Shown piece by piece: positions 26,014 through 37,345 of a stretch of 64,000 bases of DNA (positions within the stretch are counted from its first letter, which is position 1; each line of letters begins with the position of its first letter). The stretch is taken from contig NC_045696.1 of assembly GCF_009834535.1 (NCBI RefSeq), positions 75,766,001 to 75,830,000 on the forward strand, in the 5' to 3' direction. The notes under the pieces are model-generated. The model ran no database searches. It was not told the origin of the DNA and saw only the letters and a list, made by a program, of their open reading frames with translations. This stretch comes from Camelus ferus. Its lineage: Eukaryota. The position numbers were made by a program, and so were the translations under genes.

Positions 26014-27665
26014 TTTTATTTTTTTATATGGTATTTTATTGTTGTAAGAACACAGCATGAGATCTACTCTCTTAATAAACCTTTAAGTGTACAATACAGT
26101 ATTGCTGACTGTAGGTACAGTGTTGTACAACAGATCTCTAGAGTTTATTCTTTTGCTTAACAGAAACTTTGTGTTAATTAGTAATCCTCATTTCCCCCTC
26201 CCTCAGCCCCTGGAACCACTGTTCCACTCTTGAATGGTATGAATATGACTATTTTAGATACTTCATATAAGTGGAATCATAAACTATTTGTCTTTCTGTG
26301 ATTGGCTTATTTCAGTTAGCATAATGTTCACCCATGTTGTTACATATTGAGAATTTCCTTCTTTTTTAAGGCTGAAAAAATATTTTATTGTATGTACATG
26401 CCACATTTCATCCATTCATCTATTGATGGACATTTATGTTGGCTCCACATTTTGGCTATTAACATGAAGTGATAATATCTCAAGATCCTAATTTAATTCT
26501 TTCGGATAATACCCAGAAATGAGATTGCTCATTTTATATGGTATTATATGGTAACATTATATGGTAATGTTACTAAGTCCAAACTCGTTCTGTTCTCCAC
26601 ACAACAGACCAATAAATCGGGAGATGAGGTGTTGGGGCAAGGAATAGGGACTTTATTCAGAAAGCTGGCAGACCGAGAGGATGGAAGACTAATGTCTTGG
26701 AGAACCATCCTGCTCCAGTCAGAATACAGGCTCCTTTTATACAAAAAAACAGGTGAGGGGACGTTGTTTGTTGTTGCAAACTTCTTGCTCTAGAAATTCT
26801 TTGTTTTTGTAGCCGTCCATGTGGGTCAGGCCATGGTGTCCCTGTAAATCTCCAACAAAACAAAGGTTATTCTCTATTTTGCAACTTGCCATCTCTACAT
26901 AAGTGCAGAAGTGCTAACATCCTTAAAGGTCAGAGCCCTGAGAATAGGCTCTCCTGTATATTCCAGGCTAAAGGCAACATTGTTTAACAAAAGGTGCAGA
27001 GCTAGCAAGACTAAGCCTAGAAAGCAGGGCACAATGGTTAAAACTAAAGGAATAGATCCAATATGGAGTCAGATTTGTTCTCCTCTATTACAGTAATTCT
27101 ATTTTTTAATTATCTAAGGAACCCCCATACTGTTTTTCATAGCAGCTGCACCATCTTGCATTTCTACCAAAGTATACAAGAGTTCCGATTTTTCTGCATC
27201 CTTATCAGCATTTGTTATCTTTTTTTTTTTTTTAACATAATAGCCATCCTGTCAGGTGTGAGATGATAGCTCATTGTGGTTTTAATTTACATTTCCCTGA
27301 TGATTAGTGACATTGAGCATTTTTTTCTATATACTGATTAACTATAAGTATTTGGAGAAATGTCTACTCAAGTTTTAGCTCATTTTTAAATCAGGTTATT
27401 AGGTTTGGGTTTTTCTTTTTTTTTTTTTTTTTTTTTGCTATTGAGTTGTAGGAGTTCCTTAAATAATTTAGAGATTAATTTCTTATCATGTATATGGTTT
27501 GCAAATATTTTCTCCTATTCTGTATTTTGTCTTTTCACTCTGTTGACTGTTTCCTTTGCTGTGCAGAAACTTTTTAGCTTGATGTGGTACCACTTGTTTA
27601 TTTTTGCTTTTGTTGCCTGGAGTTTCTGTGTCATAGTCATTAAATCAATGCTAAGCCCAATGTTA
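26014..27665 (-). mobile_element. L1MA8/9-like element, non-inverted 3' portion (interrupted by an LTR)
   Basis: Tail ttttattgttgtaagaacacagcatgagatctac...taagtgtacaatacagtattg; cttcatataagtggaatcat; tttcctttgctgtgcagaaactttttag. Confidence 0.85.
26568..27092 (-). mobile_element. Solo ERV1-type LTR (525 bp), MER41-like
   Basis: TG...CA termini; 4-bp TSD GTAA at 26564-26567 and 27093-27096; minus-strand TATAAAA (26735-26741) and AATAAA (26652-26657); minus-strand start tgtaatagaggagaacaaatctgactccatattgga resembles MER41-class LTR starts (family name from memory). Confidence 0.85.
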
Positions 27666-28878
27666 TGTGATTATACCACATAATATTAACAGAATAAACA
27701 ATAAAAAAATCACATGATCATCCTAATAGATGTAGAAAAAAGCATTTGACAAAATTTAACACTCTTTCATGATAAAAACTCTCAACAATCCAGGAAGAGA
27801 AAACAAGTGCTTCAGCATAATAAAGCCCATATATGAAAAGCCCACAGTTAACATCAGACTCAATGACAAAAAATTGGGAGTTTTTCTGTAAGCTTAGGAA
27901 GAAGGGATGGATGCCCACTTGTATTCAACATAGTACTGGAAGTCCTAGCCAGAGCAATTAGACAGGAAACTTTGTTAAAAGGCTCCAAATTGGAAAGGAA
28001 GAAACAAAATTTTCCCTCTTTGTAGGCAATGCAATCTTATATATAGAAAGCCCTAAAGACTCTGTAAGAAAACTGTTAAAAACTAATAAACAAATACAGT
28101 AAAGTTGCAAGATACAAAATCAATATATGAAAATCTATCACTTTTCTATATATTAACAGCAAACTATCTTAAAAAGAAAATTAGGAGAAAAACTGCATTT
28201 ACAATAGCACCAAAAAGATAAATTACTTAAAAATAAACAACTATGGAAACACTGAAAAGTACAAAACATTGATAAAATAAATCAAAGAAGACATAAACAA
28301 TTGGAAAGCTGTCCTGAGTTCATCGTTTGGAATATTTAATATAGTTAAAATGTCCATACCACCCAAAGCAATCTATAAATTCAATGCATTCCCCATCAAA
28401 ATCCTAATGGCATTTTTACAGAAATAGAAAATGTGTTTCTAAAGCTATGTGAAACCACAAAGTACAATGAATAGCTCAAAGAATCCTGAAAAAGAAGAAT
28501 AAAGCTGGAGGTATCACATTTCCTTATTTCAAAATATATTACAAAGGTACAGTAATAAAAGCAGTATGATCCTGGCATAAAGACAGACATACAGACCAAT
28601 GGAACTGAATAGAGAGCCAGAAATAAATACATGCGTATGTGGTTAACTGATCTTTGATAAGAGTACCAATAATACAAAATGGGGAAAAGACAGTTTCTTC
28701 AACAAATGGTGTTGGAAACCTGGAAATCTACATGCAGAAGAGTGAAACTGGACCCTATTTTACACCATACACAAAAAGCAACTCAAAATGGATTATGGAT
28801 TAATGACTTAAATGGAAGATCTAAAACTCTAAAACACCTAGAAAAAAATAGGAAAAAAAGCTTAACAACATTGGTTAT
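27665..28878 (+). mobile_element. L1 ORF2 (reverse transcriptase region) relic, inverted portion of the same L1
   Basis: cacatgatcatcctaatagatgtagaaaaaagcatttgacaaaat (HMII.IDxEKAFDKI), ttcaacatagtactggaagtcctagccagagcaattagacagga ([15 protein letters not shown]), gaccaatggaac (DQWN); frameshifted. Confidence 0.9.
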
Positions 28879-28917
28879 TGAAAATTTCAAGCATATTATA
28901 TAGATTTTAAGTAATAT

Positions 28918-29318
28918 TGTAGCAGTCAGGGTTCTCTAGAGAGACAGAACAAAAAGGATATGCACATATGAGAGAGAGAGATTTAAAGGAATTGACTCAT
29001 ATGACTGCAGAACCTGTCAAGTCCAAACTGCAGGAAAGACTGGCAGGCTAGATACTCTGCCAAGATCTGATGTTGCAGCAGTCTGCTGCCAGAATTCTCT
29101 CTCCTTCGGGAGAGGTCAGTTTTTTTCTTAAAGCTTTCAGCTGATTGGATGAAGACTACCCACATTACAGAGGGTAATCCGCTTTACTGTAAATCTACTG
29201 ATTTAGATGTTAATTTTATCCAAAAAAATAGTATCTTCTCAGTGACATCTAGACATATTTGATCAAATATCTGGGTACCATGGCCTAGCCAAGGAGACAC
29301 AGAAAATTAACAGTCACT
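28918..29318 (-). mobile_element. MLT2 (ERVL) solo LTR
   Basis: tgtagcagtcagggttctctagagagacagaac ... ctgattggatgaagactacccacatta ... acacagaaaattaacagtcac match the MLT2 ends in antisense. Confidence 0.85.
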
Positions 29319-29559
29319 CATGTGTACTACTTTACCACTATATCATGCACATTATAAAACATATACCTTCTAAACTTATACAAAAATAATTGTTAAACAG
29401 AATAAAATTCAAAAAAAGAAAAAGAAAAGGAATATTTTCTTCTTAGCTCCCAGTGAATACTTCTATGTTCCATAAAATGTGTGCAACCACAGGAGAAAGG
29501 AGAGCCATTACCAGAAAGAGTAACAGAATTAGATACTCTGTCTTATAGCAGAGTGGACA

Positions 29560-30000
29560 AAGGAATGAAGTCAGGTGATATCTGAGGCAGGGATTCCAGT
29601 CAAGAAGAAATACTATGGCAGAATAAAGAAGTTTGGTGTCTGACCCAAGGTTGTGGCAGTGGTGATAACATAATTGAGCATTTGAAGGTAGAGTCAATAG
29701 GAAGACTGGTCATGGATGGAGGGTGAACATAGTGAGGAATCTTCGGTGACTGCCAGGTCTTGGACCCTTGAGTGGATGGATTGTGGGTCTGACTGAACCC
29801 AGTAAACCTGGTTTACTGGGTTCAGTTCTGAGCATGTTGAATTTGAGTACCTTTGTTCATCCATGTAGGGCTACCCTCTTGGCATTGATAAAGGCTTTGA
29901 ATGCAAGTTCCAGATTAAACATGGGAAATACATAGTAACTGCAGTGACAGTAGAAAAAGGGTAATATTTGAGTCATAGGAAACACCAGCATTTAAAATTA
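29560..30000 (-). mobile_element. L2 fragment containing a perfect palindrome
   Basis: ttcagttctgagcatgttgaatttgag, ttgaaggtagagtcaataggaag, ggaaacaccagcatttaa. Confidence 0.7.
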
Positions 30001-30024
30001 TATTGAATTAAAAAAAAAAAACTG

Positions 30025-30265
30025 GCTACCATTTATTCAAAGCTAATCATGTGTAAGGCACTGTGCTAAATGCTTTGCATATATTAACTTACTAACCTTT
30101 AAAACAACCTTGTGAGACAAGAACTGTCATTCCCTTTTCCATACACCAAGAGATTGAAGCTTAGAAAAATTAAGTGACTCACCCAAGGTCAGAGCCAGTC
30201 AAAAGAGCTGGAATCCAAACCCAGGTTTAGTCAAACTCCAAGCACCATGTTCTTAATCATGAAGT
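30025..30265 (-). mobile_element. MIR (near full length)
   Basis: ggcactgtgctaaatgctttgcatatatta...ttaagtgactcacccaaggtcagagccag...ggaatccaaacccaggt. Confidence 0.85.
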
Positions 30266-30419
30266 GGTATTGTCACCTGTTTAAGGAGCAAATTGAAAAA
30301 GAAATCAAAAGTGCTACATCTGTCACCAGGCATGCAGAGAGGTTGGGGAGGAAGTGATGGAGGGGCCTCTTCATTTAGCACGATATTTCTTTGTATTCAA
30401 ACGTTGTGGAGTAGATTCT

Positions 30420-30570
30420 TTAGAAGCTCAGGCTTTGGAGCCAGGGAAACTTCCATCAAATCTTTCTTTAAGACTCAGTTTCTTGATCTGTAAAACAGAG
30501 ATAAAAAGTAATGTCATATATTTGTTATTAGAAGTAAATTAAGTCATGTATATACAGTGCCTGTTAAATA
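30420..30570 (+). mobile_element. MIR fragment
   Basis: aggctttggagccag...ctcagtttcttgatctgtaaaacagagataa. Confidence 0.7.
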
Positions 30571-32210
30571 AATTATGATAATTTTTGTCATATTTCTTCA
30601 TGTTGGTCTAACTTTGAAAAAGAAAGCTAATGTCTCTTTAGGGTAGAGCAGAGAATTACCAAGACTGGGAAAAAAAACTGCATTACCTCAAGGAGATTAT
30701 TCCAAGCAGTTTTATTTATACATTGAAAGTAATCTGTTTATTTAAAAGTGCTTCTTCCAACAAGCCCTTTTGTTTTGTGGTTTTAAAAAGTATATGCATT
30801 GGCAATGAACAGCTGAGTAGTCTCTTCAAGCTTGCATAAATTCAAAGCCAGATTTTCACTCTTCAAACTAATTGAAAACAAATTCTGAAAAATCACAAAG
30901 GCAAATGGGACTGAAAAATCTGTAAGTATTTAAACAGCCTCTCAAGACCCCTAAGTAATGTTAAAAAGTACCCCCAGAATGAATCAAAACAACATGATTG
31001 CTTGAGATTACTGTGTATGTGGATACAGAATCGATCCTGACGGTCTGGATGGGTAACAAGTACTTCTCTTTCATATGTCTGCTGGCTCTGACCCTGGAAG
31101 TGCTCAGCTGGGAAGTGGTGTGTCTGTTGTGATGTCTGGGTGGACCACAGCTGGGTAACATCGCCATGCCTGTGCATGAGAAGGAATGATTCTCCTTCTT
31201 CCCTCTCACTCCATCTGATGTTTGCTAATGAGGTCCAGAGGTCCGATTTCTGGGGGCCCCACCCTTCTTGTAGAGGAGGGACATTTGGTGCAACGATAAA
31301 CTGTCAGCACTCAATCTAAATAGACAAAAAGATATTAAATATAAGCAGCTGAACAAAAAAAGCATACAAATTATTGCCAACATCAGAATACCCCTTTTTC
31401 AGGATTATTCTGATGGAAGACCACCCCACCCATTAGATTTTTTGCTAAGAAAACTTCCACTTTTGTTAATTAACAAAATATTTATCTACAATAATTAGAT
31501 GGTTGTCGAATGCACAACGTTTTGTTAAGTAATGAATTATCTTTTCTTAACTATGGTGAAATTAATGTCCTTTTAAACATTGGCTAAATCTGTATTTTTT
31601 TGTTTAAATACAATGAAGCAATTCAATAACGTATTATAAGATTTCATCTAGTGAGGATAAAAGCTAATGCTGTCTAGAAAGCATGGCTTAAAATTTCTCA
31701 AAGCTGCGTGTACCATCCTGCCTAAATTATGCAGGCAGCGCTTATAAACTATTACGGCCTTTAGATCTTTAGACTGGAAACATTTTCAGATTTAGAAAAA
31801 GCTTCCTTGTTTGATTTGAACTTTTCAGTTTAAAATAATTAGGGGGGAATGGGAACATAATCCTCTCACTAATGTGTTTTTTCCTCAGTGAGGGCTGGGG
31901 AATTTAGCATAATGATGCAATCTGGAAAAAATAATAAAAGAAAGAAAAGGAAAGAAGTTTTTTCCCTTTTCACTTTATTCCTAATAATGAAATTGCAAAA
32001 TACAGAACTTAATGTTAGAGTCATCTTTTATTGGAATATGTCAACTTCCCCAGAGACAATGCATTACCACAAGTAACTATTTGAAACAAATCTTCTCTAT
32101 AATATGGGAAGATGTTCCTTTGCAAGGCATCCTCTTCAGCAGGTCCACAGCAGCCATCACTCACCTTGCCTCCATCCGGGTAAACAAACAAAACAAAAGA
32201 GCTATTCCTC

Positions 32211-32344
32211 ATTAAAGGTTATTAATAATGAAGAATAGCTCTTTTGTTTGTTTTGTTTGTGTATATATGTGTATGACTGGGACATTATGCTGTACCCAAG
32301 AAATGGACACATTGTAACTGACTATATATACTTCAATTTTAAAA
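32211..32344 (+). mobile_element. Severely 5'-truncated young L1 3' end with 16-bp TSD and extra 5' sequence
   Basis: tatgactgggacattatgctgtac...gacacattgtaactgactata...cttcaattttaaaaaaaa; TSD aaaagagctattcctc at 32195-32210 and 32345-32360. Confidence 0.85.
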
Positions 32345-33378
32345 AAAAGAGCTATTCCTCTATGACTGGTATTTTACTTGTTATCTGTTTCATAGCTTTG
32401 CAGTTCTGAAAGAAAATAAGCTTTGCGAGAAAAACTCCACCTTGGACTTTGTATTAAATGTTCGTTCCTGAGCTAATCTTTGTTAGTTGTTTCTTTAAAA
32501 CCACAAGGCAGTCTTGAAATCATTTAAAGTGTTATTAATTTAGCTGCTGTAAGAGGACAGATTTTTAGCTCGCTCATACATAGATCTCTTAAGACTAAAA
32601 ATGTGCACATATCATAGCTTTGCTCCCCCAGCTATCGCTGTCCTTATTTCCATGAAGCAAGATATGCTACAGCAAAATGACTGACAACCAAATGAACTGC
32701 CGTTAGATAGTCCATTATTTGGGCTAACGTAGATTTTAGCTGGTCATATGGCTTTGTGAATAGCTGATGTAAATATTTCCAAATAAAATTCTTTTCAGAA
32801 TATAGGTTTTGGTCTTGTATTTTAACCACTATCAAACAAGCATGAATTCATTACAGATTTGTAGAGTCAAATGTGGTTAATATTCCTCCACTAAATGAAA
32901 ATCAGTTTGAAAATGTAGGGAGAGCCATAATTAAGCTTAACTCAGTTAATGTACTTCCCAAATATAATAGATAGTTATATATACCTTTACCCTTAGTTTC
33001 AACACAGCAGTTTAGAGTGAAAATGGAGCAAAAAGCTATTTCATTAGTCCACTGCATCCTGAATGCATTTCAGGTCATTATTTTTATGAATAGAAAATGT
33101 GAAGGTCATTTCACCTTGTAAGGACAATCAACAATGGCTCTAAGTTCAAAGCTATGGGGATATCTGTGGATCTAAGTTTTGCTCAGGGAAGTTCTAGCTA
33201 GGAAAGAGAGGAGATAAAACAAATGGGCCTTCTTCATTTAAATTCCCGACTGAGTAAATACTACCACATTACCAGCTCTGAATAATTAACTTCCCATCCA
33301 TTGTGCCAAAAATGATGCACTGTGTTTGAAATGCATCTTTTCAATAAATACTCCTTGAAAGAAACCACCACAGAAATC

Positions 33379-33606
33379 ATGACAGCTGTCATTGCACTAA
33401 ACTTTTACTTACTCACATCATTTTCTGAAAACCATCATTAGAATCAAATTAAAATAAAGCTGAGGTTTTCTGAATAAAACTGTCAAAGAAGATAGAAGTT
33501 TTTACTTTGACAGTAAAGCAAATGATTTTTTCCACTCTGTTGAGGTTGCATAATAGTGCAGTATATCTGAATGACTTATGGTCCATTAATGACAGATTAA
33601 CAGCTG
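33379..33606. promoter_or_regulatory. Candidate enhancer: TGACAG (TALE homeodomain) motif cluster
   Basis: TGACAGCTGTCA at 33380-33391, CTGTCA at 33480-33485, TGACAG at 33508-33513 and 33590-33595, CAGCTG at 33601-33606, in sequence with no recognisable repeat. Confidence 0.4.
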
Positions 33607-35867
33607 GAGGAGGGGAGATCTTTCCAAGAATAGTTTTCAAATGAATGAAACTTCAGGCCCATAGGCAATGGGAAATGCAAAGTGTGGGGACCTGGGGGAA
33701 GATGTGGGTGGAGGAGTCTTACAAGATCTGACTTTCGTAATTCATTAAAATCACTGAAAATGACAAGAGTGTGATCTGAAATAAATTTTCCATATTCACA
33801 GAGGAAGAGGTCAATCCGAAGTCCTTGAAGATGACTGCAGGGGGTAGAGAACCAATGAGAGTATATCTGAGCAGCATATCTGAAAGGAGATAAAATTTAG
33901 TGAAGGATTCTACCTACATAGTTTTGCTCACCAGCCCTCCTGTGATATAATGAAACATCAAACAGTCTAAGAAACCAGACCAAGGTGGGGAGGGGCATGG
34001 GCGTGCCACAGGAGTGTTAATCCTAGCAAAGTACTTTACGTATAAAAATGATTTATTTAGAAAGACTAGTCCCACAATCTGGAATGAGAAATTACACTGT
34101 ATATATACGTATATATTCAGTAAAATTACGTAAAATAAATTCTAAAAAATAAAACTGACAACTTTCTTTTCTTTTTTTAAGTTGACTTTTTGTGGAGCCC
34201 AACTTTAATTTTTTATAACAAAAGTAATTCATGCTTTTATAGCTGTTACAGAAAACCGGTAAAACAAATGAAGAAAGTAAGTCACTTCCCAGTAATAGCC
34301 ACATTTAAATTTTAGTGCATTTCCTTCCATCACATAATGTGTTTATTCATAATGTATTTTTTTTTCAATAAAAGGAAATTATGTTGAATGTACATCACAT
34401 GAGGTCATAAGCAGAGGAGCCATTTAGCCCTGACCTAGAAGTCAGTGATCTATTTTGAGGTACATGCAGCTGCCTTTGCAATCTGTTGTGGCTACTAGAC
34501 CAAAGCATATTTATCTTTGTACCTGGCCAGCACTGGATTTATGTGCTCAGTGCTCATTAAAGATATTATCAGTAACTGTGATAGTAGCATATATTTTAAG
34601 TGCTTATATACGTGACTCAACAGCCTAAAGCAAATGAAGAAATTGTATCTAACCTCAGGATCTGAAAGTCCAACAACACTGTCTTCATCTAGCTTCTGAG
34701 GCTTTCTGGGGTTTCAGCTTGCCTCAATGATAAGCTTTACTCTTCAAAAAGAAACACCACCACCATCAAAGCTAACCTTCTTAAAAGGAATTAGGCCACC
34801 CTGTAATGAAAAAAATGTAATGTGTTAGACTAATTATAATGGTAGCAGAAATACTGCAAAAATGATTAAAATAGTTTTCATCTGACTTAAGTATTTTTCA
34901 TTAAAAGTGATTGTTTCTATTATAAAAAGCTCTTACACATTTGCATTGCTCTAATTCAGAATAAATAATAAGTCATAGAATATGTCTTTCCAGAAAGAAG
35001 GTTGGAAATAATTTTTTATGAAATTTTAGGCTTTATGATATTACTTAATGTAAGTACTTTGGCATAATACCTGTCTCACTTAAATCAAGTCTTCGAGGAA
35101 TAAAGAGGCCCCTCTTTATTCTCTTGAGTTTTGGTGTGTTAATTTAAATGTTTACTATGGTTTGTTATTATAATATATATTATGGTAATAATCTCTAGTT
35201 CCACAGCCCTAGCACAACAATTTTTTCATTATACTTTCCTGTCCATTTAAAATGCAACACTTATATAATGTTTTGGTTATAGAGAAACATTTATCTATGG
35301 ATTTCATTTTCTAAATTTTACATTAGATGGTACAAGTTAACACTTCAAAAATAATAATTTTAATGGATAAATAAGACTGCATAAGGTAGAAGCATCATAA
35401 TTTACTTAATCATTCCCCTTTTTTGAAACACTTAGCTTGTTTTAATGTTTAAAATGTTTGTATTTTATTAATAAACTTTTGCCCAATCTCAGATTTTTAG
35501 CTTGCTTTTTTTTTTTGGCTGGTTAATATGTGACTTTAGTAAGCCATATTGTTGTTTTTTATATTTAATAATTTTTCTTAATATACATAAAGACTTCCCC
35601 CCAGTCTTCATTTCTTATACCTGAAGAGATTTTTAGTTAAATCTATTATTTTTCTACATTTTTGTCTTTATCAGTAATTCTTATTTTTCACAAATTATGT
35701 TTCCAGGTTCCATCCTCCATAATTGTCTTTTTGTCTTGCACTTTAGTGTGTTCTGTTGTTTTTAATCATTTTGTTTTATATCATATTTCTAATAACTACT
35801 AAATTCAACAGTGATCATCATTCAATTGTTGTTTTCATTATTGCTTGATATTGTTTAATGTTTGTCT

Positions 35868-36250
35868 TATTAGTTAGGATAGACTAATTTATGCTGCGGT
35901 AGCCAACACCAAAATTCCAGTTGCTGAAAATAATAAAATTTATTTCTTGCCCACTGCGCATGACTATCCTGGGTTGTCAGTGGCATCTTGCTCTTTGTAG
36001 CTACACAGGACTCAGAGCGACAAATCTCCAAACACAGTCAGTTCTGTGCTAGGGGAAGATATGAGTTTTCCCAGGCCTGTCATTGTCACTTAAATGGTGG
36101 AGCCCCAAATAATGCATCTTCTGAGCAGAATTCATGGACCCAACTAGCTATATGCCTCCACCCAAGTAGAAGGAGTGGAAACGCAGTCCTACAGAGTACA
36201 CAGAAAGTGGAGAACTGAAAATACCTGGCAAACAGTGCTAGCCTAGCCTT
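35868..36250 (-). mobile_element. MaLR LTR, MLT1K/L-like
   Basis: ttagttaggatagactaatttatgctgcggtagccaacaccaaaattccagttgctgaaaataataaaatttatttcttgc is a typical antisense MLT1 terminus. Confidence 0.7.
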
Positions 36251-37109
36251 TGCCACAATTCTCATTGCATTTTTTTTTTATTGCCACAAGATAACCTCTG
36301 TTTTCTAAAATTTTTCATTTCATATAAAAAAGATATTTTAGGGTAGAGTTTTGCCTACAATTACCTTGATTCTTTTGACTTTTTATTTTGTGTTTGAAAG
36401 TGTCTTTTTGTTTGTTTTTGTTGTGGATCGCTTTATACTTTCTGTTCCTTCATACTTCCATGTGATTAATTTGCTAATCTTTCCAAAGCAGACCAGATGG
36501 AGAATTGCTTTAAAGCATCATCCTAGCAATCTGACTGTTTTCTGGCTGAGTGAGTTTCTTTGATCTCAAGCTGGAAATTAGGCTTTTTTTCTCTCCGCGG
36601 CTCTTCATATCCCAAAAGTGTATTTAATAACTGGGCATCAGAGTGAGTTTTGATGAAGAGTACGGTGTCGAGAAGATTTTTCTCCAACCCAAGCAGCTCA
36701 TTGTACAGACATGTCCTTCCTGGACTTAGAGTTAAGAAGAGGCTCACACGGAGGGTTTATTCCTATCTGAATACGAGGGCTGTGTTGACAGAAAGATGTG
36801 CTTAACTCAGAGACTGGAAGTGAATTCAACTGAGTGTCTCAGATGATGGCAAAGAGAATTATATGAATTCTGAATTAAAGATGGGTGCAAATTGTAATTA
36901 CTTTCCATCACTGAGGTAGGCTGTAGGAATTCCTTTTAATATTTATAAAATGTGTATGTGTTAACGATTACTTTTATTTGAACAATGCAAATGATTTCTT
37001 AATATTTAGAGAGCGTTTTCTTCTTACTCAAATCAAATACGTAGCTGAAGTTTTAATTATTTTTACTTTAAGTGGCTTGAATGTTAATCACACCTTGTCA
37101 TTAGAAAGG

Positions 37110-37345
37110 GATTAAGATTTAGTGTTAAAAATTTGGTTTATGAGCCATATAAACCTGGGTTCAAATCTTGACTCCATTACTAACTAGTTGTGTGACCTTG
37201 GGTAAGTAATTTAAGTAACTTTAGTGATTCTCAAACCTTAATTCTTTGTTTTGTTTTGTTTTTTTCTCTCATCTGGAAGAAGTGATGATAATAGCACCTA
37301 ACTCTATTAGGTTAGGATTGTTTGGAGAGTTAATTTGAAAACATT
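37110..37345 (+). mobile_element. MIR
   Basis: aacctgggttcaaatcttgactccattactaactagttgtgtgaccttgggtaagtaatttaa. Confidence 0.85.

Noticed and set aside
27665..28878. Possible functional reverse transcriptase gene
   Set aside because: L1 ORF2 relic with multiple stops, frameshifts and a degenerate catalytic motif (tttgtaggcaat where FADD is expected)
36523..36747. Protein-looking minus-strand ORF (NELLGLEKNLLDTVLFIKTHSDAQLLNTLLGYEEP)
   Set aside because: No recognised homologue, no clear donor site, and a length within chance expectation
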